Source: the human T2T-CHM13v2.0 reference genome, Homo sapiens. Taken from it: DNA of 64,000 bases. The translations under genes were made by a program, and so were the position numbers. This document shows, in pieces, positions 52,855 to 64,000 of this stretch. Each line of letters opens with the position of its first letter. Positions within the stretch are counted from its first letter, which is position 1. The notes under the pieces were generated by a model, which had not been told where the DNA came from, did not search any database, and saw only the letters and a program-made list of their open reading frames with translations. The DNA lies in assembly GCF_009914755.1 (NCBI RefSeq), contig NC_060928.1; one strand, given 5' to 3'.

Positions 52855-53760
52855 CTAGGGATGTTTCACTATAGCTTTTAAGACCTAGTTGAGCCACTGT
52901 TTATACTCTTCATTTCTTGAAATAAAATACATAATCTTGCCCTTGGAAGAGAGCTGCTGTCAGGTGGGCCTCACCGTTCAGGTCACAACAGACAGAAAAG
53001 GAAGAGTGGCAGTTGCCCAGTTGGAAGCTGGCTGGGAGAGATGATTGATTGGTTTTGGGATTATACTTATCTAATATTTATAAAAGCTAACCATCATCAG
53101 AAGCCAACCTCCAGGCCCCCAGGTGCTTTGTATCATAAAGCCTCATGGGAGACTTATGTTTTATGTGGTGTCTTTCTTTTTCCATCACAACAGGTTTCAC
53201 TGTCGGCTCTGCTTGCAAAGCAAGCTGCATAACCTTGCCGTCTCTTTGTCCTGGACTGTTGTAGCCAAGGGGAATGAATAGCCAACTCATTACTTTTCTT
53301 AAAAAAAATACCCACCCCCAGTTTCTTAGTAAGGAGAAAGCAGTTACCCTTAGGAAATGGAATATATTTCTGCTTATGCGCACATCTCTCTTTTGTTCAA
53401 TCATTTAGCAAATATTTATTGAGTGCCTGCCACGTGCCAGGCACTGTTCTTGGTATTAGGAATACGACGTGCTTTAAACACACCTGGGTTCTTGTGGGCA
53501 TCAAGCTAACATTCTAGTGGGAGGATCTGACAAACATATTAAATGAGTAGAATAAACAATTTGTTAGTGATATGTGCTCAAAGAAAGAATAAAGCAAGGA
53601 AGGGATATTGGGGGATGGAGTTACAATTTTAGACAAGGTGGTCAAGAAAGGCTTCACTGAGAAAGTGACATGCGAGTGAAGATTTGACAAAAATGAAAGA
53701 GTAAGCAATAAGGTATCACAGGAAAGCGCAGTCCTGCCCAGGGTTCAAGAGCAAAGTCCT

Positions 53761-54064
53761 GGCCGGGCGTGGTGGCTCACGCCTGTAATCTCAGCACTTT
53801 GGGAGGCCGAGGCAGGTGGATCACCTGAGGTCAGGAGTTTGAGACCAGCCTGGCCAACATGATGAAACCCCATCTCTACTAAAAATACAAAAAGTAGCTG
53901 GGCGTGGTGGCGCATGCCTGTAATCCCAGCTACTCGGGAGGCTGAGACACAAGAATCGATTAACCCAGGAGGCGGAAGTTGCAGTGAGCCGAGATTGCAC
54001 CACTGCACTCCAGCCTGGGCAACAGAGCAAGACTCCATCTCAAAAACAAAACAAAACAAGAAAA
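53761..54064 (+). mobile_element. AluS
   Basis: TSD aaagtcct. Confidence 0.9.
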
Positions 54065-54134
54065 CGTAAAGTCCTAGGCAATATGGACTGACATGGACAT
54101 AAACCCGGAGGACACTCTCCTGGGTTAAATAGCC

Positions 54135-54460
54135 CACTCACAGAAAGACAAAGACCACATTATGTCACTTCTATGAAGTATCTAAAATAGTGTGTTTATA
54201 TAATTAAAGAGTGGAATGGTGGTTACCAGTGGTTGGGGCAAGTGGGAGATGGGGAGTTTCTAATCAATAGGTTTACTATCAATAGAAGTTACTAACAGTT
54301 ACAATAAGAGTTGCTAATCAATAGAAGTTTCAGCCAACAAACATAATTAACTGCTAGAGATCTGCTGTACCACATTGTACCTACAGTCAGCAATAATATA
54401 TTGGACACTTAAAAATTTACCAAGAGGGTAGCTCTCATGTTAAGTGTTCTCACTACAATA
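54135..54460 (+). mobile_element. L1M 3' end fragment
   Basis: cacagaaagacaaa...ttaagtgttctcactacaataaaa motifs. Confidence 0.65.
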
Positions 54461-54489
54461 AAATATACATATACATATACATATGAATA

Positions 54490-54521
<32 letters not shown>

Positions 54522-54527
54522 AAAGAG

Positions 54528-55535
<1,008 letters not shown>

Positions 55536-56128
55536 CAAAGTATGAGAGGTGTAAGTATCTATGTGGGTTGATGGATCCACCAGGCCAGAGTGGCTGGGAT
55601 GGGGGTGGGGAGAGAGCTCGTGGAAAGAGGGATGGCACCAGTGGTGGAGGCATCTGTCAGCCACCGAAGAATTTAGATTCACTCCTCATGAAATGAGAAG
55701 ACCTGGAGAGTTTTGAACAGGGTGCCAAAGCTGATTCACCTGTTATAAAGTTCACTCTGGCTGCTGCGTTGAGAGCAGGTGGAAGCAGGGAGACTAGTCA
55801 GGGAGACCAGTGAGGAGACATTTATTTTCCAGGTCCCCAGGCACCATCTCTCACCAGCCATTTTCCTCTCTCCCTCTTCACTCCTGCGGTGATCTTCCTC
55901 CCCAGCCACTTCAGAAACAAGAATCGTCTTGTGCTCCCTCTGTCCTCATCCAAATGTGCTTTTAAATTCTTTCATCACACTATTCAACAACAGATACTCC
56001 TGTAAGCAGATTCATACCCAAGAAAAGCCAAGTGAAGAACAGCAGTTTCTAGAGTCTGCGTAGGGCAGTAGAAGAGGACTATTTTCTCCTCACTGGTTTA
56101 GTCAACACTTCTTCAGGTCTTACCCAAG

Positions 56129-56670
56129 TGTATTAGTTTTCTATTGTTGATAAACAACCACTAACTTGACCACTTAAAACACGTGCTGTATGTCAGCAGT
56201 CTAGGTATGGCAGGGTTGGGGTCTTCACTCAGGGTCTCAAGGACCAAAGGAAATCGTGGTGTTGGCCCAGCTGAGTTCTCATCTGAAGGCTCTGGGGAAA
56301 AGTCCGTTTCCAAGCTAATTCAGGCTGTGGGCCTAATTCAGTTCCCTGTGGTTATTAGACTGCTGTCAGGGGACTGCTCTCAGCTCCAGAGGCCACCGGC
56401 TTTGACTCCTTCACTAACATTTGGTCACATTTCACATCTTTCTGATTTTTCTATGCCTGATCTCTAGACTCAGTTTGAAGGCCTTGTGTAATTAAGCCAG
56501 ATCTGCTTGGCTCATCTCCCTATCTTAAAGTCAATTTATTTGGGGTCTTAATTACAACTGCAAAGTCCCTTCACAGCAATACCAAGATTAGTGCTTGACT
56601 GAATAACTGGGAGAAGGTGCAATAGACCAGGGGCTGCGAATTATGAGCCATCCTAGAAATCTGCCTACTA
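56129..56670 (-). mobile_element. MLT1-type LTR
   Basis: tgtattagttttctattg start; ...agaaatctgcctactaca end. Confidence 0.65.
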
Positions 56671-56789
56671 CACCAAGAAAAAGGGAGCACATTGACCCAT
56701 CTGGGGAAGTGCCTGGAGTAGAAGAGCTGAAGGCGCGAGGCAGGCCTTGGGGGCTGGGACTAGGATTCAATGTGCCATGAGTCACTCAT

Positions 56790-56834
<45 letters not shown>

Positions 56835-56856
56835 ACACACACACACACACACACAC
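56790..56856. repeat. (CT)n(CA)n microsatellite
   Basis: Read directly. Confidence 0.9.
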
Positions 56857-56930
56857 CTTTCTCCATTCACCTCTCATCTCTGCTGGTCTTCATTCCGCAG
56901 AGTTGCTCCTCCCATGTAACAAGAAAGCCA

Positions 56931-57087
<157 letters not shown>

Positions 57088-57595
57088 GCCACCAACTGCC
57101 CTAGTTCCTGCTATCACAGTTTTGCTTTTCCAGTAAAAAGATAATGTCTTTCTCCTAATGCTTGAATATCAACCTAGAGAAAGAGTCTGATAGAGCCAGC
57201 TTGGGTCTGGGATGGGAAGTAGAGTGCTGAGATTGAGAGGCAGCTGGAAGAGGTGAAGAGTTGTCTAAAGGAGGCAGTAGGACGCATGTCAGGTAAGCAG
57301 ATGCACAGAGCCACTGGGACCTCTTCAGCCGGAGCTGCTGCTTTTCCTCAAAGACCTTACAGCCCTTCTGCATCGCTCTCCTTCCTCTTCTGACCTGCTT
57401 AGTGGTCCTGCCTTCTCTAACCTTCAGGGGGCTGACATCTAGCTCTAACATCCACAAGATTAAGTCCAAACCTATAAACTTGGGGCCATGGGATGGGGCC
57501 AGGCATTGGAGAGAGAATGCCTTGCAGAATAATCTAGAAAGAATTCTGGACTAGATTTTAGTCCTTGCTCTGCTACTAACCGTGATCATGAACAT

Positions 57596-58087
57596 GTTGC
57601 GGTGGCCATGGAGGTTGGCCGCTCAGACCTCCCTTAGAGAGAACCTGATGTGGGGAGTATAGTTGGGTGACAGCTTATACCTTTCACACCTTTGGATTTG
57701 CCGTGATATTCACAACAAAGCTTGATTTCCCCCTGCCGCTCACCAAGCTACTTCTAGCCAACTACTAAGTCCGCGGCCTTAGGTACCGCGGCCGGGCTAT
57801 TTCTGCCCAACACAAAACTCCTTGAATGTTCGATCTTTGCTCAGGGATACTTTACTGGCCTGGCCAAGACCCTTTCATGGCTGTATCGCAGTCTGAGGGT
57901 TCTCCTATCCACCCACTTCCTTCCGTCTCCTTTCACATATGCAGACCTGCACCTCCATCAATAGGTGCACCCTGCCTACTCCTGTTCTCTCCCTCATTAC
58001 CTTTCACAGATATTTCTCCCAATAAATCTCTTGTACATCTAAATTCTTCTTGGTTTCTGATTTTCAGAGGACCCAAACTGACACACA
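57596..58087 (+). mobile_element. LTR16-like (ERVL) solo LTR
   Basis: tgttgcggtggccatggagg...atttctgcccaa...aataaatctcttg...aggacccaaactgacaca. Confidence 0.65.
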
Positions 58088-58303
58088 GGTGAATCCTCCT
58101 TCTCTCATCTGTAGCATCAATGTCACTCGACTGGATTTCTGGGGTCCCTTCTGGCTCAAAGGTCCTACCTGCTTTTGTGATTTTAGAGAGTTATCCCTGT
58201 TTGATGAAAGAAGAAAAAGATGATTGCATATTTAGATCTCTGATCCACAACTATTTGGGCCTATGATCTTTGGTTATATTTAATTTTTGTCACTACAAAG
58301 AAC

Positions 58304-58599
<296 letters not shown>

Positions 58600-58689
58600 G
58601 CTACAAAAAACTTTCCTGTTGGTGATATCTTATCAGGCAAGGTAAAGGATTCTGGGCAAGATTTCGTGAAGGACTGGCTGAAAACTCTA

Positions 58690-59403
<714 letters not shown>

Positions 59404-59859
59404 GTAGATTCCTGGATTTGACCCATTGAGAGCTTCTTAAGTTCTACACAAATTATTTCCTGGGTACGTATAATGTGCTGTGGGGCACCATAGGAAGTCA
59501 CTGATGCTGCATGGTGGGGGGCGGTGTGAGCCAAGGTGATCTCTTTAGGTGGTGACATTTCAGCAGGTAATAAAGAATGAGAAGGAATTTGTCCCCCAGG
59601 TGGCAATGTGGTAAAGCCATTCCCAGTATGTTGAGACAACTCAACTGCTAGGCAGTTGAGGGGGTGTGGGGTTGGCCAGCGAGGGAAGAGAAGAACATGG
59701 GAAACGGTGTGGACCTTTGGTTTAGCTCCGTTTCTGGCACGGACGTTATTTTAGAGATCTGTGATATGGGTAGAGGTTGGTACTTCCGAAGTCTGGAGAA
59801 GAGCTCTCTTATCTAAACAAAATACAAAGTAAACAAAAAGATAAGAAAGAGTCAGCATC

Positions 59860-60511
<652 letters not shown>

Positions 60512-60836
60512 TCAATGTCCAATACTTAGAATGCTGCTCCACCGGAACCTCTCTGTGACACGGTGGGGTGTCCACTCTTGCTCTCTGAGGTGCGTGTTAT
60601 ATTCCAGTACATTTCCCAGTCCCAGGAGTGAGCATCTAACTGACTTTTGGCAACCCCCCACCTGCCTCGAAAAGCTAAACTGCCCCAAAGATCCAGGAAT
60701 CAGTTTGGGGCATCCTCAGTTGATAGAGTTGTCCCTGTCAGAAGTGGGAATCAAGACTCTTTGGTCCATTGATATACCTCAGAGTTGGTCAATGGTTGTC
60801 CTTGGATTTGACACATGACTTTGTCCCTTACTTTAA

Positions 60837-61450
<614 letters not shown>

Positions 61451-61634
61451 GAGCCACTATGCTCAGCTTAAAATATCCTTATTTCTTTTTTAAAGAGTAT
61501 ATATGTTTCACAATTTTAAGGCATTAAAGATCCTCTGAAGCGCATCTATAAGCCTCTTAATGTCTATGGACTCTAGTTCAGGAACCCATGGAATTATAAA
61601 AAAGGAGGCCAGAAAAGATCAGAAACGAAAGAAC

Positions 61635-61762
61635 CAGACGGGCACAGTGGCTCACACCTATAATCCCAGCACTTTGGGAGGCTAGGGCAGGAGAATCGCT
61701 TGAGGCCAGGAGTTCAAAACCAGCCAGGGCAGCCTAGTGAGATCTCATCTCTATTAAAAAAA
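61635..61762 (+). mobile_element. FLAM/Alu monomer
   Basis: Single arm with A tail. Confidence 0.75.
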
Positions 61763-61800
61763 AGATGCTTCAGGAAAGGATTCTAGGAAAAAATAAAAGA

Positions 61801-61921
61801 AAACACTATCAATGGAAACAGATCTAAAAATTGAATTATTAAAAACTATCAATGGAAACAGATCTAAAAATTGGATTATTAAAAACTATCAATGGAAACA
61901 GATATAAAAATTAAATTATTA
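61801..61921. repeat. 40-bp minisatellite, 3 copies
   Basis: Unit aaaaactatcaatggaaacagatctaaaaattg(a/g)attatt. Confidence 0.92.
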
Positions 61922-62811
61922 GTACCATCTATATGGCCTGCATTTGTTGCCATGTTACATCATAATATGGTGGTTGCATTACATTAAAAAACAAGGTTGT
62001 ATTACCTTAAAAATAAACATGGCTGTATCATCTTAAAAAAATCAAAGCTAGAAGAATAAAATTCACCTCAATCCCCTTCAGTACAAAGGAATAGTCATAC
62101 TAACACTCTGGTGTTTCTTGCCAGGTTACTTTCGTGCATATATATTTTAAGGTATTTATTTTCATAGTTAAGTATTTATTTCATAGTTAAGATCGTGGTA
62201 AGTATTCTATTTTATTTCGTCACTTTTAGTATTTACCGTTATAATGTAAGTGTCTTTTTCCTTCATACAAATCATGCTTAACACCAATATAAAATTCCAT
62301 CATGTACCTCAATCATATTTTATTGCTGTTTACACCTATGTTGAAGTTTATTTTCAATGTTGTCTTATAAATAATGGTGTTTAGAATAAAGATCTGCATT
62401 AAAGCTTTTTTCCTATTTTGGATTTTTCCCTTAGGACAGATTCTCAGAAGTGAAATTTGAGGATGAAAGGGCATGAACATTTTTAAGAGTCATCATACAT
62501 ATTGTAAAACTGCTTTTGAAAATAGTCATGCGATTTCCTATCACCACCAGCTTAAAATAGTGTCTGCTTCACTATACTCTCACCATTATTGTGTATTGTT
62601 ATTCTTTAATCTTTACTGTTGGCAAAAATCATTGACTTAATTCCCATGATTCAGTTTTAATCCTATGAACTTTAATTCTCAGAGATGCCAGTAAGATATT
62701 ACAAACCAGTATCACAGATACGCAAAAAATGAACTAAAACATTTTACAAACATTCATAAAAGCAGTTTCAGTCTTTTCATTCATCCTGCTTCATATTGTT
62801 GTATTTTAATG

Positions 62812-63018
62812 CAGGGTTTCACTCTCAGTGACGCTGGCATTTTGGGCTGGATAATTCTTTGTCATGAGGGGCTGTCCTGGGCATTCTTGTATTTCACAGC
62901 ATTCTTGGTGTTGACCCAGTGGATGTCAGAAGCTCCCCTAGGTTGTGACAATCAAAAATGTCTCCAGACATTGCCAAATGTCCCCAGGGGGAAAATAGCT
63001 CCTGTCTAAGAATTACCG
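62812..63018. mobile_element. MER20 (hAT-Charlie)
   Basis: cattttgggctggataattctttg...aaaaatgtctccagacattgccaaatgtccc signature. Confidence 0.85.
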
Positions 63019-63089
63019 TTCTAATGAAAACCATATAGCTCTATTAGTTCACATTTCATTCCAATGTTAAAATTTTATTCTTTAGTATC

Positions 63090-63940
<851 letters not shown>

Positions 63941-64000
63941 TTTCTGGGAGCCCCTAAATAGTGCCAGGGAGAGGTGGTTGAGCCTGGTTCTATCTGAGCC

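Noticed and set aside
57770-57796. Polylinker-like cluster of restriction sites suggesting vector contamination
   Set aside because: It is colinear with the surrounding LTR16-like sequence and no other vector features are present.
61801-61921. Possible CRISPR-like array
   Set aside because: Units are contiguous with no unique spacers, in a eukaryotic context.

Overview
Primate (very likely human) genomic DNA, dense in Alu, L1, L2, MIR and LTR repeats. The only host gene I can support is FAM184B on the minus strand. Six coding exons lie in the window (21961-21209, 20093-19958, 18200-18061, 17515-17309, 5710-5600, 837-730; probably exons 2-7). All have canonical AG/GT ends and compatible phases. 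Everything above about 22 kb is the long upstream intron; exon 1 is outside the window. The three most unusual structures are: (1) a full-length L1PA3/4-type LINE-1 (about 41103-47700, +) whose ORF1 is still open but lengthened to 475 aa by an in-frame internal copy of its first 140 codons, apparently made after insertion, with an extended antisense ORF0 pointing toward FAM184B exon 2; (2) a 309-bp, about 86%-identical inverted duplication of non-Alu sequence at 35985-37238; (3) an AluJ carrying a roughly 115-bp captured foreign segment. Repeat family calls are from memory of consensus sequences, and repeat boundaries are approximate.
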